Assembly (NCBI GenBank): GCA_903922175.1 | Contig: CAIXSY010000429.1 | Span: forward strand, 1-48,526 | DNA from: an uncultured delta proteobacterium | Lineage (GTDB): Bacteria; Bdellovibrionota_C; UBA2361; CAIXSY01 | Direction of reading: 5' to 3' | DNA length: 48,526 nucleotides | Part shown: piece by piece, positions 9,155 to 17,963 of the stretch | How positions within the stretch are numbered: position 1 is the first letter of the stretch | How the letters are laid out: each line of letters begins with the position of its first letter | Notes under the pieces: model-generated | Seen by the model: only the letters and a program-made list of their open reading frames with translations | Told to the model about the DNA's origin: nothing | Database searches by the model: none | Program-made: the position numbers and the translations under genes

Positions 9155-9252
9155 ATATAACAGCTAGATTGTGCGGTTCTGGGCTCTCATAGTCAATGAA
9201 ATTTCCACGAAAACACGGCAGGCCCATAATCCGCACTACTCGTATATTAGAC
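9155..9252 (-). other. attC-like imperfect palindrome at the 3' end of the TIR gene
   Basis: Minus strand GTCTAAT (contains the stop)...GTGCGGaTTATGGGC / GCCCAGAACCGCAC...GTTATAT, 98 bp. Confidence 0.4.
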
Positions 9253-10458
9253 GGCCTCCTCGATTGTTTCGACAAGAGGCATCTTTGCGGCTTTCAATTC
9301 GCGTTTGAGCTCCTCCTTCCATCGGCCATCTGAACTCATGCGTATGTATACGATTCCGTCAAAATCGGACGGGGTTTCCAGACTTGGAGTGATAAGAGCA
9401 CACACCCGCTGCTGGCCAAGATGGGAAAGAAAGTAACCTAGTTCAAGAATAACATTTTGTCTTGCTCGCGGTTCTAAAGATGCACCTTTGAGGCTGCCAA
9501 CATCGTCATCGGTCATTAGGACGATCGCGAATGTAACAAGCTCAGCCTCCTCAATAAATTTCGTCAGAAGATGCCGTCCCATGTTGGGTTGATCATGCAA
9601 TACTATTCCCTCCAGGCCGACACTTGAAAGAAACGAGACTATGTTTTCTCTGAGTACATCGTTTTGCCCGTGGACGACAAATACCCGATTAGGAGAACGT
9701 GTTTCAGACTCTTCGTGAGGATCCGCCTGTTCTGGAAGTATTTCACCAATTTCTTGGTGTTGAGATCGTTCAACCGTTGCAAGAGCTTTCTTGATAATAT
9801 AGGCCGACAATAAAGAATTTTCGGCCGTTGTTGCCGTTGGGTTATTAAGAGTGAACTCGATGATTTTGTTGGTCCTATCTCGGCGACTCCCCATGCCTCG
9901 ACCAGCATCCAGCCCAAATTGTCCTGCCTCCAGCAGTAAATCGTCTATGTCTGTATGACTCCATTCTGAGATTATGTTTTTAGCTTTGAGAATCTCGGCG
10001 CGAGTTGGTGCTGGAAGCGGTTTGAATTGGAATTGAGAAACGAGATTCTTATCGAATTTATAGCCAGCGGCGGCAAGAACCGAAAAGAGATCACGATCCT
10101 TGATAGCCCAGTGATTACGGCTGAACTCGAACTGTTCAAAATCAAGTTGCTCCCGAGTTTTCCAAAGAAAATCATTCAAAATTTTACTTGAAGTTGGCAA
10201 AGTAGTGAGCATCACCTTGATGTCACTTTTGGTAATATCAATCGCTTTAATCTGTACAACGTGCGCTTCTTCTTGGCCTCTCCCTTCGTACATCAGAATG
10301 CATGGCCATGATATAATGCAGTCCTTTGCCTCCACTGAGAGTGATTGCAACTGAACCCTAATTAGGTCAGCTGTGTACTCCAGGAAGCGATTTCTTGGAA
10401 TCTCAAATAGTCCGCTACCGCGATTTCCGACTTGGGATGGCACAAACAGACTGTACAT
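9247..10458 (-). CDS. Nucleotide-binding protein with a C-terminal CAP12/Pycsar-type TIR domain
   Basis: RVFVVHG, FAIVLMTDDD, RARQNVILELGYF, ETPSDFDGIVY motifs. Confidence 0.88.
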   Translation of the reverse strand: MYSLFVPSQVGNRGSGLFEIPRNRFLEYTADLIRVQLQSLSVEAKDCIISWPCILMYEGRGQEEAHVVQIKAIDITKSDIKVMLTTLPTSSKILNDFLWKTREQLDFEQFEFSRNHWAIKDRDLFSVLAAAGYKFDKNLVSQFQFKPLPAPTRAEILKAKNIISEWSHTDIDDLLLEAGQFGLDAGRGMGSRRDRTNKIIEFTLNNPTATTAENSLLSAYIIKKALATVERSQHQEIGEILPEQADPHEESETRSPNRVFVVHGQNDVLRENIVSFLSSVGLEGIVLHDQPNMGRHLLTKFIEEAELVTFAIVLMTDDDVGSLKGASLEPRARQNVILELGYFLSHLGQQRVCALITPSLETPSDFDGIVYIRMSSDGRWKEELKRELKAAKMPLVETIEEAV

Positions 10459-10744
10459 TTACTACGAGGTCCTTTGTCTCAATTGAAGTAGATTGGTTTG
10501 CCGCCTACAATGTTACGTATTACAGTCAGTCTAAACTGCCAGTAAGCGTACTCAACCTGAAAAACAACAACCTATCTAGTGCTAAATCGTTCTAAATTGC
10601 CTATGAATTCACCATATTAAAAAACCCCAAACTCACTTGCCACCATGTTACTCAAAGCTTTTGACCTCGATGTTGGAGTAGAGTCAGATGCGAGCACTCA
10701 TCGTTTTGGAATTCTAATGAGGCTGTTTGCCCCCTCCCCTAGCT

Positions 10745-10777
10745 TAACCTCCGATAACGCCCTCTTATCAGAATGAC
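10745..10777 (+). other. Putative lox-like recombination site D
   Basis: TAACCTCCGATAA-cgccctc-TTATCAGAATGAC, intergenic. Confidence 0.7.
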
Positions 10778-10841
10778 TTCTCTAATCGCCTAAAACAATT
10801 ACCCGATTAAGAATTATTGAGGTCCTCTCCCGGGAGAGAAA

Positions 10842-11117
10842 TCAATCCCAGACTTCCGTTATCGATACCTCTAGATCGTGCTTATGACACTTGGGGCATT
10901 CTATAGTCTCGGGCTTGTCAAGGTCCAGAGGTGTGGCAGGCGACCCGCAACAGAAGCATTTCGAAATCGGCTCGGCTGACAGGACAGAAAAGATGCCCTC
11001 GCAAGTGACACAGTACACTATGAAGTACGCGCTATTGCCGCCTACCTCGCCACAACCATCCATAAGACCTGTCGCACAAAATCCACATGGACAATCAATT
11101 CGATAAACGGTTCCCAT
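10842..11117 (-). CDS. Small zinc-ribbon protein
   Basis: CPCG, CVTC, CFCC and CPKC Cys pairs in 91 aa. Confidence 0.7.
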   Translation of the reverse strand: MGTVYRIDCPCGFCATGLMDGCGEVGGNSAYFIVYCVTCEGIFSVLSAEPISKCFCCGSPATPLDLDKPETIECPKCHKHDLEVSITEVWD

Positions 11118-11251
11118 GGGCTCATTTGAATCGGTACATGCAAAAAGGTCAAGCTTTCTTTGAGTCCGGAGGTAACAGCCTGCCCCTGCGTGCTAAAAGC
11201 TTGATTTCCCGCAGTCCGACGAGCACACTACATCAACAGGGATTTACTATT

Positions 11252-11989
11252 ATGATTCACGACTTAAGCGAGATTTTGTTCCTTGATATCGAGACGGTGC
11301 CGGCATACCGTAATATTTCCGAGGTCCCAGAGGACTTAAAGGAAATCTGGATTGAATCCAACACTAAGCGGCGTAAGAAAAAGGTCGTGGAAGATGAGGA
11401 CGACGGTGAGGCTCCGCCCGGGGCTGGCCCTTCGATCCAAGATGCCGGTCAAGCTGGCTATGACGAGGGAGCGGGCTTAAAGGCAGAATTCGGCAAAACC
11501 ATTTGCGTTTCCTTGGGCCACTTTGAAGGTGGCACGGCGGATGAGAACTTCCGCATTTATTCGCTATCCTCACATAACGAGAGTGAGATCCTAACTCAGC
11601 TCGCGGCAGTGTTCGAAAAGTATTCTACTTTCAAGCTCTGCGCCCACAACGGTAAAGGCTTTGATTTCCCATTCCTCGGAAAGAGGTTTCTGATCAACGG
11701 GATCCCCCTCCCCTCTCAACTCGATATCATGGGCAAGAAGCCCTGGGATATTCTCCACTTAGATACTAATGAAATGTGGGCTTTCGGAGCGCGAGGAGCT
11801 GGTACGGGAGCAAAGCTAAAGCTCCTTTGCGCGGTTTTTGGCATCCCCTCTCCTAAAGATGACATCGACGGGTCAGAGGTGCGCGGGGTTTACTATGAAG
11901 AAAACGACCTCCCGCGTATCGTTAAGTATTGCGAGAAGGACGTTATCTCTCTGGCGAAGGTTTTTAAAAAACTGCAAGGATTCCCGTGA
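11252..11989 (+). CDS. PolB-like 3'-5' exonuclease (DEDD/RNase H-like fold)
   Basis: FLDIET, HNGKGFDFPF, HLDT, YCEKDV; start placed at MIHDL. Confidence 0.88.
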   Translation: MIHDLSEILFLDIETVPAYRNISEVPEDLKEIWIESNTKRRKKKVVEDEDDGEAPPGAGPSIQDAGQAGYDEGAGLKAEFGKTICVSLGHFEGGTADENFRIYSLSSHNESEILTQLAAVFEKYSTFKLCAHNGKGFDFPFLGKRFLINGIPLPSQLDIMGKKPWDILHLDTNEMWAFGARGAGTGAKLKLLCAVFGIPSPKDDIDGSEVRGVYYEENDLPRIVKYCEKDVISLAKVFKKLQGFP

Positions 11990-11996
11990 TCTCAAT

Positions 11997-13781
11997 TCAC
12001 TCCTTACGCCATCGCCTTACAACGTCAGCAAAGCTCACGTTTCGCCAATCGGCTTGCCACTCCCCAAACACCTTCACGCTTTGGGACTGCGGCTCCGGAT
12101 TCGGCAATTCCAAATGAACGACAGCGGGAAGGAGTATTGCATCGCCGACCACGATGCACTCACCATCCGTTAGATTCGGTAGTATTTCGGTTATGGCGCT
12201 GGAATTATCTGGGAACAAGCGCCTGACGTAATCCTGATCGTGGCGGTTGGTTAGACGGAGTGCTATAAAATTGTTACACTGCGCAAATATAGTCTCCGAA
12301 ACTTCAGACGGCCGCTGGCTTACTACCATGAGGCTTAGTCCGTATTTTCTTCCCTCCTTGGCGATTCGCTCAATTGACTTTCGAGATGCCCTGTAAGCGG
12401 CATCGTCGCGCGCAGGCACATAGTTGTGCGCTTCTTCACAGACTACCATGACGGGTATATCATTCAGCACGCCCTTCTCGTGTTGGAGTTTGGAATAATG
12501 GAAACAAAAGTCGAATACTAGGCGTGAGATTAAGCTCACCGTTATGCTCAGCACTTCGAACGGCACGCCGCTTAAGTCGACGATGGTGATGTTTGCCTTA
12601 TTAATATAGCCAAGGAACTGCTTCATTATTTCCTCGAAGTCCTTAGTTTCGTAGGGTTTCCCGTCCCTCTGTGGGTGAAGCAAAAAATTTAGGCGTTTGT
12701 CCGAAAGCTTGGTCTGGAGTCTCGACACAAAGCGGTCGAATTCTCCATTGAACGGCCCTGTTGTTGCTCGATCCTCTTTGCCGGTCGACCATGGAACAAA
12801 ATCATGTACTTTATCGAAATACACACATCGATCTGGAACGAGCTGTGGCGGATTAGCGAACTTTGGAAGATTCTCCCCTGGTTTTTTGCCAATCACTTCG
12901 AGGTTCATGTTTTCAATATAATGTTCAACTTCCTCGATCGAGAAATAGACGGGTGTGTCGTAAGTGATATCCTTTACACCGGGGTTGTGCTTTTCCTTGT
13001 TTAGAATTACAGCTTGCTTAAACTGTGATACCTGATTGTGTGAGTTATCTTCGTTGCTCTCGATGAACATGCTCTCTAGTTCTTCCGAGTTCATGAGCCA
13101 ATAAGGAAGCTTCAATTTTGCCACATCAAGCAGATTGAGCGTAAAGTCCTGCTGTGTTTCCAGTTTGAACGCGGCAGCATACTCGGCGTGGATATCAAAA
13201 ACCACAATATGTGAATTATTTTGCCTACCACGGTTTTTGTTCTTGCCGTTGTTAATGCCAACCACGTCTTGCAAGACTTTCGCTACAGCACAAGACTTAC
13301 CAGACCCCGTAGAGCCAACGATCGCAATGTGCTTTCCAAAGAATCTATCACCGTTAATGTGCAGAATGACCGCCTCATTCATTGCAAGCTTCCCGAGAGG
13401 CATATTGTACAGTCCGCCAGATTGAAACAATGCGTCAAGTGTCCCGGTGTCCGCTACATATACAGGTTCGGTCGGCACCGGGAGTAAGACGCTGCCCCTT
13501 CGAAATTTTCCGTCAGCGCCTAGTGCGCCGATGGCCTGACATTCGATCTCGAACTGCCATTGAGGGGTGTTTGCTGAACCAGCCTCTGGTGTGGCGTTCT
13601 TCCCGTTCAGATTTAAGATAACCGCAATCGTGAAATCATCGTTACCTTGGGCGATCTTAAGATAACGACCAATCTGCAAGTCTTTTTTATTCTCTTCGAA
13701 TGTCTGGAGGTCTGCGATCTCAACAACAATACAGCTTGGCGAACACGAGAGGACCTGTCCGATAGATTTATTCGTAGGCAT
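11997..13781 (-). CDS. herA: HerA/DUF87 anti-phage ATPase
   Basis: HAS-barrel-like N-terminus, Walker A GSTGSGKS, DIHAEY, Walker B VCEEAH, IAKEGRKYG, SQRPSE. Confidence 0.92.
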   Translation of the reverse strand: MPTNKSIGQVLSCSPSCIVVEIADLQTFEENKKDLQIGRYLKIAQGNDDFTIAVILNLNGKNATPEAGSANTPQWQFEIECQAIGALGADGKFRRGSVLLPVPTEPVYVADTGTLDALFQSGGLYNMPLGKLAMNEAVILHINGDRFFGKHIAIVGSTGSGKSCAVAKVLQDVVGINNGKNKNRGRQNNSHIVVFDIHAEYAAAFKLETQQDFTLNLLDVAKLKLPYWLMNSEELESMFIESNEDNSHNQVSQFKQAVILNKEKHNPGVKDITYDTPVYFSIEEVEHYIENMNLEVIGKKPGENLPKFANPPQLVPDRCVYFDKVHDFVPWSTGKEDRATTGPFNGEFDRFVSRLQTKLSDKRLNFLLHPQRDGKPYETKDFEEIMKQFLGYINKANITIVDLSGVPFEVLSITVSLISRLVFDFCFHYSKLQHEKGVLNDIPVMVVCEEAHNYVPARDDAAYRASRKSIERIAKEGRKYGLSLMVVSQRPSEVSETIFAQCNNFIALRLTNRHDQDYVRRLFPDNSSAITEILPNLTDGECIVVGDAILLPAVVHLELPNPEPQSQSVKVFGEWQADWRNVSFADVVRRWRKE

Positions 13782-15045
13782 TACTCAGTCCCAATATAAA
13801 GTAAAGCTCTTGCCACTTCGATAATCCAAATTGCGCTACATTCACGTCCTGCAGTTCCAGTGCTTCATGTGGCTTCTCGCCGACCATGATAAGGTCATTA
13901 CACTTGTGAAGGTTCAAAGTCGCCGCATGCGCACCCTGAAGCAGTCGCACGTCGAATTCGCGTATGTGATTGGACATCTTTCCGGTAGTCATGGGCGTGC
14001 GGAAGAAATGATCTTCAAAGAATTTTCCTCCTATGCACCCATCCGTGATCTTAATGCCCTTCTGAAAAAGTCTTTGGCAAATACCGGAGAAGCAGGATGC
14101 GTCGCAATCGAGGCAAAAAACCGGAGTCTGAGTGTGAGCCGGTTTGCAGTGATACTTCTCCAGATAGTCACTAATAAAAGTGACAATCCTACTGTCAAAA
14201 TCTTCCAAGCTACTCTTCGAAAGGATAAAGTACCGTAGACGTGTATTAATGCTGAGATTACACCTGAGTTGCCTACGCCTGGCCTCTAGAATCATCTTTC
14301 TTGTAGTCAACGCCAAAGTCCACCGGCTGATAGTCGTTGCTCTTATCGCGCTTAGCTCGTTTAGCAATTCAGTTCGATTAAGCTTTCGTTCCTCCCCCGA
14401 GTGCTTCATGCTTCGGTTCGCGATAATCTGAATGGCATTGGGATAAAGCAGCGTTGGTATATCACTTTTCGCTAAGCCATTTGACTCTAAAGCGCCGTAG
14501 ACATCGCTGACGAGCTGGCTGAGCGGAACACCGAATTCGAACGAAAACGCTCCGAGAAATCGCCTAATATTGACCTTGTCTTTGAGTTCGGCTGCTAAAA
14601 CCATCAGACTTTTATTCTCTGTTCTTAGAGCATCTTGCACCTCTGCAGTTGTGATTTTTCGAAGTCCAGGTTGCTGACCTTTGACATAAGCGTAGAGACG
14701 ATACCTAATTTTCCGTCCACCACACTTGTTAAAGTGCGCCAACATCTGGAGCAGCGGTTTATAAATGAGGCTTAGGGCAAAACCAATGTTCGATTCGTGG
14801 TACTTGCACTGAATTGCCGTGTCGTCGCGAGCACCAGCTATATCAATATCCTCGATTATACCTTCGACCGTGATCGTTTGCCCGTCATCTGCATTTAGTA
14901 TCTCAAGGAGGGTCTTATTGAATTGGTAGATAAACCCCTGAATAGTGTAATCTGCCGACCGTCGCGCGGCCTTTTTTCCAGAGGACGGCTGCAGCACTTT
15001 ATTTCTCTTACTCTTTACCAAGACTAAACTGCCGCACGTGTCCAC
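13768..15045 (-). CDS. DUF4297-like PD-(D/E)xK nuclease (DUF4297-HerA defence system)
   Basis: A..TI.GF.YQ, VEG..EDID, IQCKY motifs; overlaps the herA start. Confidence 0.8.
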   Translation of the reverse strand: MDTCGSLVLVKSKRNKVLQPSSGKKAARRSADYTIQGFIYQFNKTLLEILNADDGQTITVEGIIEDIDIAGARDDTAIQCKYHESNIGFALSLIYKPLLQMLAHFNKCGGRKIRYRLYAYVKGQQPGLRKITTAEVQDALRTENKSLMVLAAELKDKVNIRRFLGAFSFEFGVPLSQLVSDVYGALESNGLAKSDIPTLLYPNAIQIIANRSMKHSGEERKLNRTELLNELSAIRATTISRWTLALTTRKMILEARRRQLRCNLSINTRLRYFILSKSSLEDFDSRIVTFISDYLEKYHCKPAHTQTPVFCLDCDASCFSGICQRLFQKGIKITDGCIGGKFFEDHFFRTPMTTGKMSNHIREFDVRLLQGAHAATLNLHKCNDLIMVGEKPHEALELQDVNVAQFGLSKWQELYFILGLSNAYE

Positions 15046-15134
15046 CTTCGATTATCCTCTCTTTTCCATTCTGGTCGCACACCACGGATAGAGCGGTGTG
15101 GGCGAAATCGAAATATGCCTTTGCGCCTCTTGAA

Positions 15135-17963
15135 TCATTCCCAAGTCTTATTCTTAAAACCAAGACTGGCCGCATTCTCCGACACCGCACGCTTGATCTC
15201 GTCTTTCACACCGTTCGGAAACTCAGCCGAGATCTCCACACTTACCCTAACACTCGCTTGAGGATCGCTGACAAGCAGGCTGACGATTTCATCGGCTATC
15301 TGTACAAGACGCATCTTGGCGGTCGAGGCGTTTACCTCGGCAGTACCGATGAAAGTGTGAGCCTTATGTGTGATGCCCATCGCAGCCGACTTGCCTGGTG
15401 ACGACGCTGGCTCAAATCCTGGCAACATGGTGCTAAGTTGGCTGCCTGACGGCCCAGCCGGAGCGCCAGAAGTCGGCAAAGGATGTGGTAAATGCGCAGC
15501 CTCATATTGCTTTGCTGTTTCTAACTCGATTAGTAGTAGCGTGTCATCAAGCTGGATGTTTGCATCACCTAGCTTGAAGCCATCAAACGTACCCTCATGC
15601 TGCCCATAGGCAGTACCGAAGAAATCGCGGCTGGTGGCCCCTTTGAGGATAGCTTGTTCCAGTACATTGCGGCTCTTGAGACGCGGCAGATATAGGTAAC
15701 GCATTGTATCTTCCCAAAAGGCCATAGCACCGATAGCGGGCTTCTCTGCTTTCCAATAAAGCTCCTTTAACTTGCCCCGCAGATGAATAGGGGACCAGGT
15801 TGAAATTACCAGCTCGTTTTCGATACTGACGTGCTCAATCTCGGTGCCAAGCGCCGAGCCGCTGCTGCTAAGTAGAAATGCTTCGACAGTCGATTTCGCT
15901 TCAGTGGGCGAATATTGAACGGGACATAGGAGCCATTTATAACACTCGCGAGCGACACGCGGCAGAACTTCCTCAGACGTCTGGAATTCTTTCTCGGCCT
16001 GTCTATTTTGAACCTGGTCAATATTCAGGCGCCCGGCTTTCACGTCCTCCACGATGGACTCCCAAGCCAGCGCTACCCGGATGCAGTCGCACATACGCAC
16101 CAATGAACCTTGGTCAGGAGCAAGAAATATGAGGCGATTACCTCGATAACGAGGTTTAGTGCCGTTGTTGCGTACGTGATCTAGCACAGCATCGAAGGCC
16201 AGGCGTGGCTCATCACGACAATAGAACTGCTCAGGTGAAAGAAAGACGAGACGCAACGAGCTATCATCCGGCACGTCTGCGTGAGGGGTAAAGATGTGGA
16301 CACCGTCCAACAAAGTTACCCCACTAGCCAGTTTCTTAAGCACCTCGGCCAGCTTTCCAAGAACTTCGGTCTTGTCATCGAAGCGCTTTTTGCGGTCTTC
16401 CATTTCGCGGAGCAGGGTAGCGCGAGTATCAAACCAGAACCGTGTGGCATCCTGAGTCTTATCACCGGACCTGTGCAGGTAAACTAATTTTTCATCCAAG
16501 CGATTGAGAGCGTCGGAGTAAGTTGAAGAGGTTTGACCAGGCTGAAGGCAGCCAAGCAACACGCGAGCACGATCTAGGCCACGGATTCCAGCCTTGGTTG
16601 CCAACGAAGACGGGGCGCTTCCGAGAAAGATCGTGCGGGCTACACGACGAGCAGCGTTCACGGCGCCAAAGCGCGGCTCTTTGTTTTCTAACTCCGTCGT
16701 TTCGGCTCGATCGCCATCGATGTTGGTTTCAAGCACCGGATCCCAACCGGCTGGCAGGTAATAGGTTAACTCGTTACGGGAGCCCCCATCGTAAAGCGGC
16801 AAACTGCCAGGAAGGATCATTAGGTCTTTGTTATCATCTTTCCAAAGCCGGTAGATGACTTTGGCCATCAGTTTGAGCACGCCACGTGTGCGCTGAAAGC
16901 CATCAATCGTCGTCCAATCTTCATAAAGCCGGTCAAACACTTCCGGGTGAATTGGATACGCCTGGACGAGCCGGTCGAAATAGCGCGCCTCCTGAGTTTC
17001 TGTAGGTAACTTTGCCCCTTCTGCTACATAGGCATCTGCGAAGGCGCGACAAACTGCTTCGCGGGCTCTTTCATCGCGCACCGGCTCAAACAAACGCCGC
17101 CGAACGATCTCGAAGGCCTCTTCGGTGGCGACTGGTTTCCACAGTGCTTGCACTCGGCCGAAAGTCTTTTCCAAGGCTCGAAGCGCTGCTACTCCGCGTT
17201 GACTCCCCGCCTCTACCTCCGATTCTGGCAACGAGCCGAGAAGAATGGCGTTGGGCACGAGCTTGCAAGCTTCGGTGAGGGCCTGGAGAAATGACAAGTT
17301 GCTGTCGAAACTACCACCGCTTAATGGTTGGCCGTCCTGAAACTGTCGGATGTAGGCCAGCAACTCGTCAATAAGAACCACGCATGGTGCATAGGCTGCC
17401 AATAGGTTCTTGAGCACATCCTTCCCGGGTGATGTACCATTGGCGTCAGACTCTTTAACCAAAGCGAAGGCTTCTTCGCCACCAAGTTGCCAGGCGAGCT
17501 CACCCCAGAGTGTTCGCACACTTTGCTTGCCGCGCTTCCACGGCTGGCCGGGAGCGTGCGCACTGCCATCAAGCACCGCCACGCGAGCCTGCGGCACGTC
17601 CATCAACCCAGCCTGATCAATCAATGCCGAAATTCCAGCAAGATCACCCAGCGCGCACTTGCGCGTGGCAAGGTGATAAACCGCCAACATCGTGTGAGTC
17701 TTCCCGCCGCCAAAGGCCGTCTGGAGTTGAATTACTGGCTCGCCTCCCTTACCATTGAGGCGCTGCGCGACTTGGGTGAGTAACAAGCGCATGCCCTCAG
17801 TAATAAATGTTCGTTGGAAAAATGCAGGCGCGTCTTGATATTCGCGTGTTGCCTTACCGGTGCGAACGGCGGTGATGTCGGCAGCGAACTCAGACTGTTG
17901 GAATGTGCCTTCCAATACGTCGGGGTGCGGTACGGTAATCTCTCTCCAGGGTTTTATGTTCAT
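15135..17963 (-). CDS. DUF499 AAA+ ATPase
   Basis: PW.E...[38 protein letters not shown]. Confidence 0.92.
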   Translation of the reverse strand: MNIKPWREITVPHPDVLEGTFQQSEFAADITAVRTGKATREYQDAPAFFQRTFITEGMRLLLTQVAQRLNGKGGEPVIQLQTAFGGGKTHTMLAVYHLATRKCALGDLAGISALIDQAGLMDVPQARVAVLDGSAHAPGQPWKRGKQSVRTLWGELAWQLGGEEAFALVKESDANGTSPGKDVLKNLLAAYAPCVVLIDELLAYIRQFQDGQPLSGGSFDSNLSFLQALTEACKLVPNAILLGSLPESEVEAGSQRGVAALRALEKTFGRVQALWKPVATEEAFEIVRRRLFEPVRDERAREAVCRAFADAYVAEGAKLPTETQEARYFDRLVQAYPIHPEVFDRLYEDWTTIDGFQRTRGVLKLMAKVIYRLWKDDNKDLMILPGSLPLYDGGSRNELTYYLPAGWDPVLETNIDGDRAETTELENKEPRFGAVNAARRVARTIFLGSAPSSLATKAGIRGLDRARVLLGCLQPGQTSSTYSDALNRLDEKLVYLHRSGDKTQDATRFWFDTRATLLREMEDRKKRFDDKTEVLGKLAEVLKKLASGVTLLDGVHIFTPHADVPDDSSLRLVFLSPEQFYCRDEPRLAFDAVLDHVRNNGTKPRYRGNRLIFLAPDQGSLVRMCDCIRVALAWESIVEDVKAGRLNIDQVQNRQAEKEFQTSEEVLPRVARECYKWLLCPVQYSPTEAKSTVEAFLLSSSGSALGTEIEHVSIENELVISTWSPIHLRGKLKELYWKAEKPAIGAMAFWEDTMRYLYLPRLKSRNVLEQAILKGATSRDFFGTAYGQHEGTFDGFKLGDANIQLDDTLLLIELETAKQYEAAHLPHPLPTSGAPAGPSGSQLSTMLPGFEPASSPGKSAAMGITHKAHTFIGTAEVNASTAKMRLVQIADEIVSLLVSDPQASVRVSVEISAEFPNGVKDEIKRAVSENAASLGFKNKTWE

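Noticed and set aside
11087-11251. N-terminal extension of the exonuclease ORF
   Set aside because: It overlaps the divergent zinc-ribbon gene; the domain begins at MIHDL (11252).
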